In this document: in pieces, positions 50,156 through 61,266 of the stretch
How positions within the stretch are numbered: position 1 is the stretch's first letter
How the letters are laid out: each line of letters begins with the position of its first letter
Source of the DNA: Fistulifera solaris
Taxonomy: Eukaryota
Direction of reading: 5' to 3'
Assembly: GCA_030295235.1 (NCBI GenBank)
Contig: AP026167.1
Coordinates: forward strand, 434,001-498,000
Length of the DNA: 64,000 bases
Notes under the pieces: model-generated
Database searches by the model: none
What the model saw: only the letters and a program-made list of their open reading frames with translations
What the model was told of the DNA's origin: nothing
Translations under genes and position numbers: made by a program

Positions 50156-51376
50156 TTAAAAGCAATTCTTGGAGGGATCGCAACAAGGGCAAGGATTCGC
50201 CTGGCAGTCGATACCAAAGTTTGTGAAAGGACCGTTGCACACTCCCTCCTCATCGCAAATGGGACAGAATTTTTCGGGCCACGCGCCTGTGAGCTGATTG
50301 CCTTGGAGATACAATGTATCTGTATCATATAGCTCGTGAGAATTGGACGCAGTAAGATCATGCTAAGAATCAGACCAGCAGTACTTACAAAGGTTTCCAG
50401 TGGCCAAAAAGTCCTGGGCAATGGGACCTGTCAACTGATTCTCTTGTAAGTATAGAATCGCAAGATTTGGCAACGAGGCAAAAATATCGGCGCGAATCGG
50501 TCCAGTAAGATCGTTCTTGTCGAGCCAAAGAATCTTGAGATCTTGGAGGAGCGTGAGAGCCGGCGATAACGTCCCTGTTAAGTTGTTATTCGAGAGATCG
50601 AGCTCCTGTACCTTGGCGTCGATATTGACCGAACATCCAACGCCTTCCCATTCACATACATCCTCGCTACTCATCCAATTCGTCGAACGCAACCAATCGG
50701 ATCCGCCGTTGGCGTAATATATGGTGGCGAGTGCGAACCGTACAAGTACCGCGTCTTCCGATGTAACGAGTGGATCTTCGACGATCCACTTGGCTGCCAA
50801 TGCGAAGGCATCGACTTCGTTCACTTCTTGGACCGATTCCGGTAAAGCCATTTCGGCGGCGAACGTCGAATTTTTGAGCGATTCTCGAATGAAATCGTAC
50901 TTGTCCTGACTCGAAGCAAAGACGACAGAGTTGTTGTTGTCACTTTCCTTCTTGGCAACGATGGTAAATGCCACGACCGCAGCCACCAGTACCAGAACAA
51001 TCAAAGCAACGACCACGATGATATCTTTGCGCGACACATCTTTACCCCATTTCTTCCCTCCTGCTCTGGAAGTGGTTGTGTGAATAGGCTTTGCTTTCGG
51101 TTCATTGAGATTCCTCGTTGAAGGCTTGCTGGGAGGAGAACTAGCAGGAGGACGCGGACTAGGTGAAAATGCAAGGTCCTCTCGATTCGGGCGAAAGTTT
51201 GTAACCGGGTTACTGTCTCGTTTCGGCTCTGGTGTCATGATGAATGATTGAGGTAATAACGACGACGAACGATGATGATTCTTCCCGCGATTGTGTTTTG
51301 TGAGTGTCTTTCCTGACGAGCTCGGTCTCAAAACGTCTCGAAGGGCGTGTGCAAGGAAAGTCTGGCTGACTTGCCA
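50156..51376 (-). CDS. Single-pass membrane leucine-rich-repeat protein (start uncertain; intron near 50320-50387)
   Basis: TM helix, then RFALATIYYA..G..W...TNW.S..VCEWEGVGC, LDLSNNNLTG.L and LWLDKNDLTG. Last exon TLYLQGNQLTG...IDC...CPCC..CF*. Confidence 0.82.
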
Positions 51377-52118
51377 TAACAGAAAAGTGTACTACAAGCT
51401 AATCATAGAATTGAAATGAAAAGGGCTTTCTAATTGTCCTTGCAGTTCGAATCACAGTTATGGCTACCACAAGCAACGCGAGTTGCGGGTTTAAGTAAGG
51501 TTGAGGATGTTTTTAATCGTCGACTACGACGAGAATGCAAGAAATGGAACTCTGACGTACTTATGGAAACAGCTTCATCAGCAACAAACAGCAACGTTAA
51601 GATAATATACTTTGACAGAGAATTGTTCTCAATCAATCCCGTCCAACAGTTTCAAAAAACTCGTCGGCGAAATGTTTTGCGTTCTATAATAAGAAACAGC
51701 AATTCGGCAGCAACTAGGAGACGGATGAATATCATAAAGTTTGACAAACCTGCAGTACAAACATATCTGATAAATTGTAGGAAGTAGCTTCTTATAGTAT
51801 TAACGAGGCCTCTAGAGAGAGGTGTTTTATCTCAACTATCCGTAAACCATACGGGACTGAAATCAAGTTGAGTCGTCGTCAGACGAAGTCAAGGATTCTT
51901 TCTACTACGGAGTATTTGATAGTCGAAATGGAACCGGTTGTTTTTCTTTTTTTCTGCACAGCGACGAAAGAAACGAATGCCAAAATAATTTGCTTGAAAA
52001 CAATTGGCATCTGCAATGACAAATTGATAATCGAATGATTTGCTCGGAAACGAAAGATGGACTAGTACATACTATTCGAGACGAAGTTTACGTGGTGGTT
52101 GCCTTTAAGTCTGTGAAA

Positions 52119-52556
52119 TCAAGCATCGTAAAGATGCATTGTTACGCTGAGCACTGCCACGAGTGCCAGGACAAGCATCGACAGTCCAACCATTTCAACG
52201 GAGCTGGAATCATCATCATCAATACAAACCAAATTGCAGTCTTTCATCTCTTGCGCAAGACATTCAAAATACTCCATGCTTTCTCTGGTGCACGTGCGTT
52301 GGCAGCAATAATGAACGACGCAGAACATTCCGTTCAACACATTGCACACCAGTTCTTCCGTGTCTAGTTCCGTAACAGAGTTAAAAACAGCTCCTTCGGC
52401 GGGGCAACCCTCTTCGCACAACGCTAAATGAGTTTCGACGCACGCGTGGTATTTGTTCGCTTCATCTATACACGCAGGACGTTGTTCTGCGCCGAGAATC
52501 ATCGCGGCGTGCAAGGAGATCAGGGGCGCGACGAAGACTTTTTTGAAGAGATGCAT
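52119..52556 (-). CDS. Small Cys-rich secreted protein with C-terminal hydrophobic anchor
   Basis: Hydrophobic N-terminus, about 12 Cys, a DDDDSSS linker and a hydrophobic C-terminus. Confidence 0.68.
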   Translation of the reverse strand: MHLFKKVFVAPLISLHAAMILGAEQRPACIDEANKYHACVETHLALCEEGCPAEGAVFNSVTELDTEELVCNVLNGMFCVVHYCCQRTCTRESMEYFECLAQEMKDCNLVCIDDDDSSSVEMVGLSMLVLALVAVLSVTMHLYDA

Positions 52557-52694
52557 GTCGAGGAATTAAGGGAGTGAAATGCTGCTGGTGCTGTAACTTA
52601 TTTGCTCGTTTGCAAAATAATGAGAAAATTCGCTCGACGTTGGTCGCAAGAAAGCCGGTTTCCTTCAGTCGTGCCGTTTCTGCTCACTCCGTTT

Positions 52695-54145
52695 TCACTT
52701 GAGAGGTTTCGTCGTTTCCTCGTATTCTTTCCACGCGTCGCGCAATTGTTGTAATACACTGAAGATTGAAGCACGGTCTTCTGGTACCGGCCTATGACAT
52801 GATGCGACAATCTCCATGAGTCGATGTTCGATGTGAGTGAAATTACGATCCATGAAAGGAGGTATCGCGGGAACTTCTCCCCGTAAAACGGCTTGTTGCG
52901 ACTCTTCGGTGTTGGCTTTTTCGATCCAAGGTTCTACTCCGGTGACAATGGAAAACAGAATGTTCCCAAAACTCCACATGTCATCCGATTCCATGGACGT
53001 GCGATCCGGCGAGAACGATTCGATTGGACGGTATTCACCTACTTTAACATAGGTAAAATAAGGGCAGTAGTCGTTTTGATCGTCATTCCACTCGAGGACT
53101 CGAATGGTATTCACGTCGTTCAAAAATGCTTCCCCTTTGTCATTCCAAAGCCATTGACTCATACTCACATCATCGTGACAGATGACGCCTTCATAATAAC
53201 CATGCAATTCGGCAAGTCCTTCGGCCATTTCCAAAGCCAACTTCAATTTTTCGTGCGGCAAAAGTTGGTTGTCGGGTATTTTTGGCAAAGGTGGTCGTTC
53301 GGCATCCAATCGCAACTTCCAGTTGGGTCTAGGGACCACCACATCTCCGAAGCCAACCCCTACTTGCGTCAATGTTGTGAAGGTGCAGAACCCATAGATA
53401 TCTGCCAATCGCGGTGACGACGACAACTTTTCCAGCAGCATGGCTTCGCCACGAATGTACCATGTCGAAACAATGTCAAAGCGAAAATTCTCGGTGGGTC
53501 GCAATGTTTTCAGTACGAACTGTGTCTGTTGGTCGTATCGTTGGAATCGAAATACTTCTCGATACAGTCCATTCCCTAAATGATCGACCGAATACTCTTG
53601 CTGTTCGGGTAAACGTTCGATCGATAGTTCATGAAGGAGGTTGCAGACGGGATAGGTGTCATATTTCCATTTGGGTGGACGGCATTCATCACGTTCAAAG
53701 TCCTGATCTTCGTACGGATCGTAATACGGCGATACGTTTTTGTCGATTTCCGACAAGAAGGCATCGCGTTGGAGATGTAGCAAAATTGTATCATTTTGGT
53801 CAATGTTACGTCGTTGTTTGCGCACGAAATGATCCAGAACACCAAAGTCAGGACTTATCGTCATATCTTCCAGAGGCGGAAGAGAATGCGATGAAATAGC
53901 AATCGAAGGCTTCCATGGTGTGTTTAGTTGTACGAGACGAGGATTCAGACTAGCAATTAAAGGATCCTTGACAAAAGAACTTGCTTTTTCGACAAGCCGA
54001 GCAATGATATGCGACTTTGTAGACCGATATATGCGAGGAAAATGATCGCAGCAACAGAATTGAGTATTCTGTGAAGAGAAAATCTCTTTCCTGCCCGAGC
54101 GCGTGTCCTGCCTGTCAGTTTCGAGTTCGTTGGCCTCAATAGCAT
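52695..54145 (-). CDS. Type II membrane (secretory-pathway) protein-kinase-like enzyme; frameshift near 54000
   Basis: N-terminal TM ILNSVAAIIFLAYIGL (ORF 53957-54238). Kinase motifs LGNGLYREV, VLKTLR, EAMLLEKL, LAELH, HDDVSMSQWL, LNDVN and DMWSFGNILF. Confidence 0.8.
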
Positions 54146-54437
54146 TGTTGCAATTGAGAAACAGCTGACAGAACGTGAAGCCTTGCCAGTGACCACGGAC
54201 GAAAAACTCGGTCCTTTTTCTGTGTTGCGAGGATGCAATTTGTCCTCTTCACGTTGCCAGCATCAATTTCTTGTCCTAAAATTCATACCACTCGCAAGCA
54301 AGGAGAAGACTTCGTTGGCTTGTCATTGTTGCGATGCAAGAAAATGGCATGATGTCAAAGATAGAAGGCCGCCCTTCGCCCGTATAATTGCCCTTTTCTC
54401 ATCAATGTCGCATAGGTTCTTGGTACCGTTTTGTTCC

Positions 54438-54461
54438 GGCCGATCCTAATTAGGATCGGCC
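54438..54461. repeat. Perfect 24-bp palindrome
   Basis: GGCCGATCCTAA|TTAGGATCGGCC with no spacer. Confidence 0.92.
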
Positions 54462-54808
54462 TCCTAACCTATAATCGAGTGAGAAGTCTTTCAATTCAAG
54501 TTGAAAGTTGCATTCTGACTTGAGGAAATTAGGAATTAGGAATAAATATCAGTATAGTCTAAGCCGGTTTAGATGATTTTCTATGCTTCGAGGCTCTTAA
54601 AAACGATTATGGTGTTCAAAAAGGATGGGTATGATAAGCGTCAGAATACCTGGTAAACGGTCGCAATTATTTGATTTCGTGACGACTTTGTCATTTTAGT
54701 CTTGTTTAACCATGCTTGGGTGTTTGCGACTTTGCGCAACAAAGGCCGCGTGACTGGACTCACTTTTCTCAAAAGTTATTGCTGTCGTGTGCGACAAAAA
54801 GGAACTCA

Positions 54809-54861
54809 TTTTTGTTAATTGTCTATTGTCCTTTTGTTTTTGTTAATTGTCTATTATCCTT
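54809..54861. repeat. 25-bp direct repeat, 28-bp period, one mismatch
   Basis: TTTTTGTTAATTGTCTATTGTCCTT and TTTTTGTTAATTGTCTATTATCCTT, just upstream of the ATG at 54905. Confidence 0.85.
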
Positions 54862-54904
54862 CGAATCCTAGTTGTTGCTCAGTCTCTCACAAATTTCACA
54901 AGTC

Positions 54905-57209
54905 ATGAGTAATAGAAACGATGACGATATTCGTTCGGACGAAGAACCGAAAGCAGAGGCAGCAAACAAGAAAATCAAACAGGAAACTCAGGCAGATGGA
55001 CTTCCTCCAGCAGCGCAACCTCGACTTGCGAACGAACCAATTCCAGCATTTTCAGAAGATTCTTCTAATCTACATTTGCCTCAACCTCCAGTGAACCAGT
55101 ATCCTGCGCAAATAGCTTACAATCCTCTCGGTCTTTTCGTACCGTCTCAATTTCCATTCATCCCCCAGCCTGCGTATCACGTACCGCACAATCTACCCTA
55201 TCCTGTCCATCCGCCGCCACCACCTTTTCATCTCCCTCAACAGCCGCAGTATCCGGAGTCCCCCGGCATCGATACAATACTACGAAGCGCGCATGCGCGA
55301 TCATGCCGCAGCCTAGTAAGTTCCTTTCGAAAAGACACGATGTTGACTGGTGAAATGATTCTCATTTAGTTCATTGCTTTGTTCTCTATCAAGTGCATCG
55401 GCTGCAGCGGGAGCCGCTTGGGCAGCAGCTCAGATGGCGGCAGCGGCTGCCGATTTTGCGGCACAAGGGCAAATGCCATTGTTTCGGAATGGTGAACATC
55501 CTCCCTTTTATCCACCATATCAACCCCCTCCTTTCATTCCATCCGAACACCACGACCCTCAACAACCGGATGCACAGTACGAATCGTCGTCAGATCCTCC
55601 GCACCGACGGAAACGTCGACCTCGTCTAGACGACGTTCCCGGACGCATCAGCACCAAGCAACACCGTGACCGGATTCGCCGCGGAGAAGACAGTAGCAGT
55701 AACAGCAGTTGTAGTACGTTTGTTCGAAAAAGCAAAAAGAAAGATCGGTCCGATGAATCGATGTTGGGCAAAACGGCTGTTGCCGCGCTGTACGAATGGT
55801 GCAGTCGGAGGAATCATCTTCCTTCGTTTGTTTTACAACAAATCACTCCGACGCATTTTCATTGTGTCGTGACTCTCGAAGATGACGTCGAGTGGGGTCA
55901 CGGACAAGGAGGAAACAAAGGTGCCGCTAAGAAAGAAGCGGCGAGACAAGCTCTGCAAAGTCTCTGTCCGACGGTGGTCTTTGATGAAACTAGCGGATTT
56001 GTGATTGCTTTGAGAAACGCCGTGGAAGATTTAGCGCCTCATTTAGCCAAACAACTCGCAATTGATGCCACTGACGATAATATCAGTAGCACCACGGATT
56101 TCTCAGAAGACGAAAACGATTTCTGGAAGTCTGGGCAAGGTGCTACAATCTTATCGAATCTGTTGTTTACAACGATTCAGATAGATCCACGTATCAAAGA
56201 ATCTGTTCCTGTCTTCACTTATCAGATAATGCCGGTGGTACAGCATCACCCACTGAAACGCAAAACAACGACATCTGATGTCAGTCGCGGGCGTTTCACG
56301 TGTATTGCCGAGCTAAAAGTCTACCATGACGAGGGTAGCGAAGATGTGTTGCAAGCCAAAGGCGTGGGAACATCCAAACGCGAGGCGCGGCATATGGCCT
56401 GTGCCGCTTTGCTGGTAAAGCTATTTCCCGAATGTGATGGCAATTTTGCCAAAGTCAAAGAGGCTGCCGAAGCAGCCCGTACGCGGTATAAAAGCACCCG
56501 CCTGAATTCTAGAGGTCCTCCCTTTCCCGAAAGTTTCGTATCGGGGTTTCAACGCGTACTTGACCACAATGACCTACCACAGACAGCAGCTGTGCGAGTA
56601 TCAACCCGAAGAAAACAACTTGATATTCTTGTGGAAAAGGCACTTCATAGCTATCATGATGGAAGTAATGCCGAGGACGAAAAGCTTTTGTTACAACGGG
56701 CAGAGCCACAAGATCTGACTTTAATTAAGAAAGTGTTGCTGTCGGATGAGGACGTCCGCACACTAAATTTCTTGAAACTTTGGTCAAGTTCCTCCATTGT
56801 CTTGCTTTTGTGCAAAGATGCTTGCTTCCAAGATCCGCTAGGATGTGCGGTGTTGACACTTGGTTTTAACTTTCACGATGGCCAGCTCCTTCGTATACAA
56901 CATTTATCAACCGAATCACGTCTTACCCGGGAACGTTTTATTGAACGACTCAGGGGTTTTGCAAATTCTATGAATTATACATTGGTTAACGATGAAAAGG
57001 ACAAATGCAAGAATGCCACATCAGTGAAACTCGAGTCTGCCCAGATTTTCGTTCAGCACCAACTCCGACTCAGATTAAGGACAACAACGTCCGTTTCGCA
57101 CACGCTCCAGTCCGTGCAAGAAGAGGAAGAAAACTCGGATGATTCCGAGAAGCGACCGGCGGCGAAAGTTGTCTCCACTAATCCCAGCAAGCGATCAAGA
57201 GTCGTCTAA
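54905..57209 (+). CDS. Protein with two double-stranded-RNA-binding motifs (intron near 55316-55393)
   Basis: AVAALYEWC...P.F....FHCVVTL...GHGQGGNKGAAKKEAARQALQSL and FTCIAEL...AKGVGTSKREARHMACAALL. Pro/Gln-rich N-terminus. Confidence 0.8.
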
Positions 57210-57412
57210 TCAATCGGTATTAGAAGCTGTTCTAAGTAATCGTCAAATAATCTATCACCACACGTCTGTCGACTCCTCGTTAGTATTGAAGCACATATAT
57301 TACTCTTCAAACATAGATTTAAGCAATAATGGAAATGGGCGCCTATATTTATGTTTACCCGTATAAGTAGAAGAAGAAAGTATACCTGATCAATGCATCA
57401 TCTCACAAGGTT

Positions 57413-58039
57413 TCATCGCCGCAGTTTGCCTGTTTTCTGTTTGGTGGCCGTGCTGTTCATCATCATACCGGTCCCCAACAATGCTTGCGCTTCGGCAATG
57501 AGTCCACTCGCATCATAGTCTTCGTTGGGAAACTTTTGATTGAAATCAAAGTCCGCGGGCAACAAGGAGCCACAATCCCAAGCCATGGCGCTGATCGGAG
57601 GCTTGCCAATGAACGCACAATCGGAGCATTTCTGACCATTCACTTCAACCTTGCAGCTTTGTGGGATATGGTTGAACGTAAAGACCCAATCTGGTTCGAG
57701 AAAGTAGCTTCCGTAGAAACAAGCCGTCGTCGAGGCATCAATTTCGTGACAGATCGCGGTATCTACGAAACCACCACGAAAAGTGAGATCGACGGTAATA
57801 TCCAAGCCGTCCGGTTTCGTGTACGAGCAGTTGGCGTCGATACCAAATCGGAAAAAGGGGATCTTTTTGTAAAAGAGAGTTGGCTCGTTGCTGCAAATGC
57901 AATTGTCACGCGTTCCAAAGTAGTAGTTAATGGCCGTGGTCACGTAAGGACAAATCACCTGGGCGTAATCCCAATATTGCAAGGGATAGGCCTCACAAAG
58001 AGAAACGAAAAATGCCAACGACAAGAACAGTTTGTTCAT
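57413..58039 (-). CDS. Secreted Cys-containing protein of unknown function
   Basis: Signal peptide MNKLFLSLAFFVSLCEA. Motif SCKVEVNGQKCSDC...DC. Confidence 0.68.
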   Translation of the reverse strand: MNKLFLSLAFFVSLCEAYPLQYWDYAQVICPYVTTAINYYFGTRDNCICSNEPTLFYKKIPFFRFGIDANCSYTKPDGLDITVDLTFRGGFVDTAICHEIDASTTACFYGSYFLEPDWVFTFNHIPQSCKVEVNGQKCSDCAFIGKPPISAMAWDCGSLLPADFDFNQKFPNEDYDASGLIAEAQALLGTGMMMNSTATKQKTGKLRR

Positions 58040-58455
58040 TCTAAAGGGAAGAGTGTTGATATACTGATGAACAAAATCTTTTTTTTGGAAAACACCGCAA
58101 AACAACGAGGGGGAGAAATTGTGTGTGTGTTTGTTTGTTCCGCGAGAGCGCCGCGCTCCTTGCGATATTTTTAGTACACAGTGTTTCTGTTGGAGAATGG
58201 GAAATTTTTCGCATCCAACGGATCTAATTCGTGACTCGCCTCTCGTGTTTGTGACGACGACATTCAGCGGAATATTGTATTGGTATTACTCAGTACTCCG
58301 TAATAATTACGGAGTATTTAATAATGCGACAACACATGCGATGCTTCCGAATTCATGCTTCGTTTGAGGCGAAATACGATGTTGCAAATGATAAATTTAA
58401 AGCCGCTTTTTCCAACATCTGCATAGAGCAAGATAGATAATGCTACTCAGCAAAG

Positions 58456-59736
58456 ATGTGGTTCAGGGCAAAGTTAAAACGAAGTGTATGGGAAGGTGAA
58501 AATCAACTCTACAGTCGTCGACGCCATCGCAAATTACTGCACAAAAAAGACTCGTTGCGAATCCTACTGGTTTCTGTTACCGTGATGATTCTGTTGATGG
58601 TCCTAACAACCCAACCAATCAGACTATTCAACGCGTACCTCTCTATCCCGGCAAACATCGAGCCGCTCATCGTCGAGTATCGCCAAACGGACCTTCACAG
58701 CGCTCTTCAACAATCAATTATGGGGCATCACAATGTTCTTTGTGCCGACGTGGCGGAACGGCAAACAAATTCACGGGAAGTGCTTCCCATACCGCCCAAG
58801 TTCCCTGTTCGAATGTCGTTTCGAATGCACTGTGAAGACCTTTTTGTGAACAATATATATGGGACCGGAAATGTGTTATTGATGTTGTATAATATTCGCC
58901 TGATTGCGCGTTTGTTGGGGAATGTATCCATTCAAATGGAATGTGTCGACGCTATGGAAACAAGAAGCAGTTTGGTCATTCCTTGGATCATGGGCTCGTT
59001 TCCGGCAAATGTATGGCCGGGCCCGTCTGCGAGTCTCGAAGATGCGTGTGACAGTTTTCAACCCAAGACGGCGCATATCATTGTCGATGACATTCAGTAC
59101 GAACTTCGCCGCATGGCTATTAGCTTAGTCGGAGTTCCGTCGATAAATCACCCAGCCGCAAACTTCACTGTAAAGGAATCCAAAGAACGCACTTTACAAG
59201 TACCCATGACCACTGCGCCACTTCGTTCCGACGTGGAACTGGACGACGTTGTCATTCATTTCCGCTGTGGCGATATTATCGAACTAAAAGCTCATCACAA
59301 ATATCATTATGTCCGATGGAGTGTATTGGCGAAAAGAATATCACCCGCCGCGCGAACGATTGGGATTGTGACACAACCGAGTCAAGGACAAACACGAAAG
59401 ATCGACAACCACAATCGAGATCGTTGTACCCAATTACTGGGACCCATGCAAACGTACTTGCAACAAAGGCTTCCGTGGGCTCAAGTCCGTATTCGCAATG
59501 CACCCGAAGAAACCATCGCTTTAGCTTTTAGTCGATTCATCATGGCCAATCAAAGTTTAGCCGGAGGTTTTTCGACGTTTTATCGTATGCCATTCTACGC
59601 CACATTCGGGACGGCCTACGACTATGACGAAATGGGCGACAATCACATGGTCTCTTCCGAGTTAATGATGGATCTTTGGCAGAATGAAACTGGGTTGCAA
59701 CGAATTCTGAGTCTTTTTACCAGTGATGAAGATTGA
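58456..59736 (+). CDS. Type II membrane protein, fucosyltransferase-like (HxRxGD)
   Basis: N-terminal TM, GTGNVL, VVIHFRCGD and FSTF. This layout resembles GDP-Fuc-utilising GT-B enzymes. Confidence 0.55.
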   Translation: MWFRAKLKRSVWEGENQLYSRRRHRKLLHKKDSLRILLVSVTVMILLMVLTTQPIRLFNAYLSIPANIEPLIVEYRQTDLHSALQQSIMGHHNVLCADVAERQTNSREVLPIPPKFPVRMSFRMHCEDLFVNNIYGTGNVLLMLYNIRLIARLLGNVSIQMECVDAMETRSSLVIPWIMGSFPANVWPGPSASLEDACDSFQPKTAHIIVDDIQYELRRMAISLVGVPSINHPAANFTVKESKERTLQVPMTTAPLRSDVELDDVVIHFRCGDIIELKAHHKYHYVRWSVLAKRISPAARTIGIVTQPSQGQTRKIDNHNRDRCTQLLGPMQTYLQQRLPWAQVRIRNAPEETIALAFSRFIMANQSLAGGFSTFYRMPFYATFGTAYDYDEMGDNHMVSSELMMDLWQNETGLQRILSLFTSDED

Positions 59737-59753
59737 AAACATGCTAATCTCGA

Positions 59754-60875
59754 TCAAATGGATTGCTTCTCCATGCAACAACCACAACGAAACCAACCCG
59801 TCCTTCGCCAGAATCGGAAGATGCTCCATAATGCAACAGGTGGAATCAAATATAAGAAAAGAACCGGGTATCTCGTGTCGGTTTCCAAATATTGATTATT
59901 CTCTGGAAGTTCGACCTGCTTCGGTGAAAAATAATTGTCTCGGCATAGCAAGTCAACCCCCGTCGTCTTCCAAACTTGCTCTATTTGCTGGTCGAACAAC
60001 TGTCGACCTATCTTGTACAATTCTTGATCAATGGATGTCAAGTTGTTTTCGATGAACTGCAAGGACTGTTCCGAAATCATATCGACCGAATGATGCGGAA
60101 CTCCGTGATTTTCTCGATGTTGCTGCTCTTGCGCAATGATTTTGCCCGTAGTGGGATCACATTGCCGACAGAGAGGAGATAAGGCACCATCGAGAGCAAG
60201 ATATTCCAATAAACGAAGCGACGCGGAATAATACTCGGTAATGCCCACAATGTCGATCTTTTGCAAGTTCATTTCGGCCAGATCCAAGTCAGGAATTCGC
60301 CCACTACGATCATTCGCGAAATGTGGATCATTCTTTCCCGATGCCGTCATATACCTCGCTTGCATATTCCATGGTTCATAGCATCGATAACTTGGTTCCT
60401 TTCCGTACTTGTTCTGCAATTCCATGTCGATGAAATTCTCTATCCATTCATCGAATCCGGCGGTCGCGTTGTCGAGTTCATTGTAACCTGGTAATGTTGT
60501 AGCGAAATTTCGAAAGTAAAGATCGTATTTGCATTCGAGAAACTGCGATAGTACATGACTGGTTGGTTGTCGTAAAAAGACGACCGAATAATAATAACGT
60601 TGGTTGTCATTGGAGAGAAAGAGAGAAGGAGTCTCATAATAGGTCTTTTCACGATTTCCTTGCATCGTACTACCCACACTTATGTGAAAGGGAGAATCTA
60701 GCAGGAAGGACTCGCCCGCCGTTTTCGGTATATGGATGTAATGAAACTCTTTGTTGGTAAAGGAGGTTTCGTTGGTGGCTTTCTCCGACCAATAAGAAAA
60801 GGGGTCGACTTGCCCCGGAAAGACTTTCCCATCCGCTTGCGATAACGAACGCGGACGTGTCATTTGAAGAATCAT
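59754..60875 (-). CDS. Sulfotransferase-like protein with C-terminal TM helix
   Basis: HIPKTAGES (5'-PAPS loop), FLRQP..HVLSQF, WNMQAR, VGITEYY..S and DQELY. Confidence 0.75.
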   Translation of the reverse strand: MILQMTRPRSLSQADGKVFPGQVDPFSYWSEKATNETSFTNKEFHYIHIPKTAGESFLLDSPFHISVGSTMQGNREKTYYETPSLFLSNDNQRYYYSVVFLRQPTSHVLSQFLECKYDLYFRNFATTLPGYNELDNATAGFDEWIENFIDMELQNKYGKEPSYRCYEPWNMQARYMTASGKNDPHFANDRSGRIPDLDLAEMNLQKIDIVGITEYYSASLRLLEYLALDGALSPLCRQCDPTTGKIIAQEQQHRENHGVPHHSVDMISEQSLQFIENNLTSIDQELYKIGRQLFDQQIEQVWKTTGVDLLCRDNYFSPKQVELPENNQYLETDTRYPVLFLYLIPPVALWSIFRFWRRTGWFRCGCCMEKQSI

Positions 60876-61266
60876 ATCATAATATGCAGCTTTTTATGGT
60901 ATTTTAGTTCAGATAACAAGGGGTACCACGTACCAGTATAGGGGCGCAAATAAATAATAAGGAAGAATGTTTGGCCAATGACCCGCTCGATGCGTTTATC
61001 GTCGTCGAGCATGAAAAAAAAGGAAAACACTTTATACCGATGCGATTTACTTACGGATCGACATTGTCTGTACTTCATCCGTCTTTGCAACACGGAAATG
61101 GCAGCAACGCGGGTGCCGATCGACGAAGAAAAAGGAAAACAACAACGCCGACCATGAATCAACTTCGACTTTGTCGCCGTCACCATTACACTCAATTGAG
61201 CATTCAAGAATAGATTCACTCACTCACTCTCTCTCTCTCTCTCAATCAATCTCGAGTGTCGTTCCC

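Noticed and set aside
51434..51787. 117-aa ORF between the LRR and Cys-rich genes
   Set aside because: Non-ATG start, no motifs, and no splice pattern linking it to a neighbour.
57485..58174. 229-aa plus-strand ORF
   Set aside because: Antisense to a better-supported secreted protein with a signal peptide and Cys pattern.
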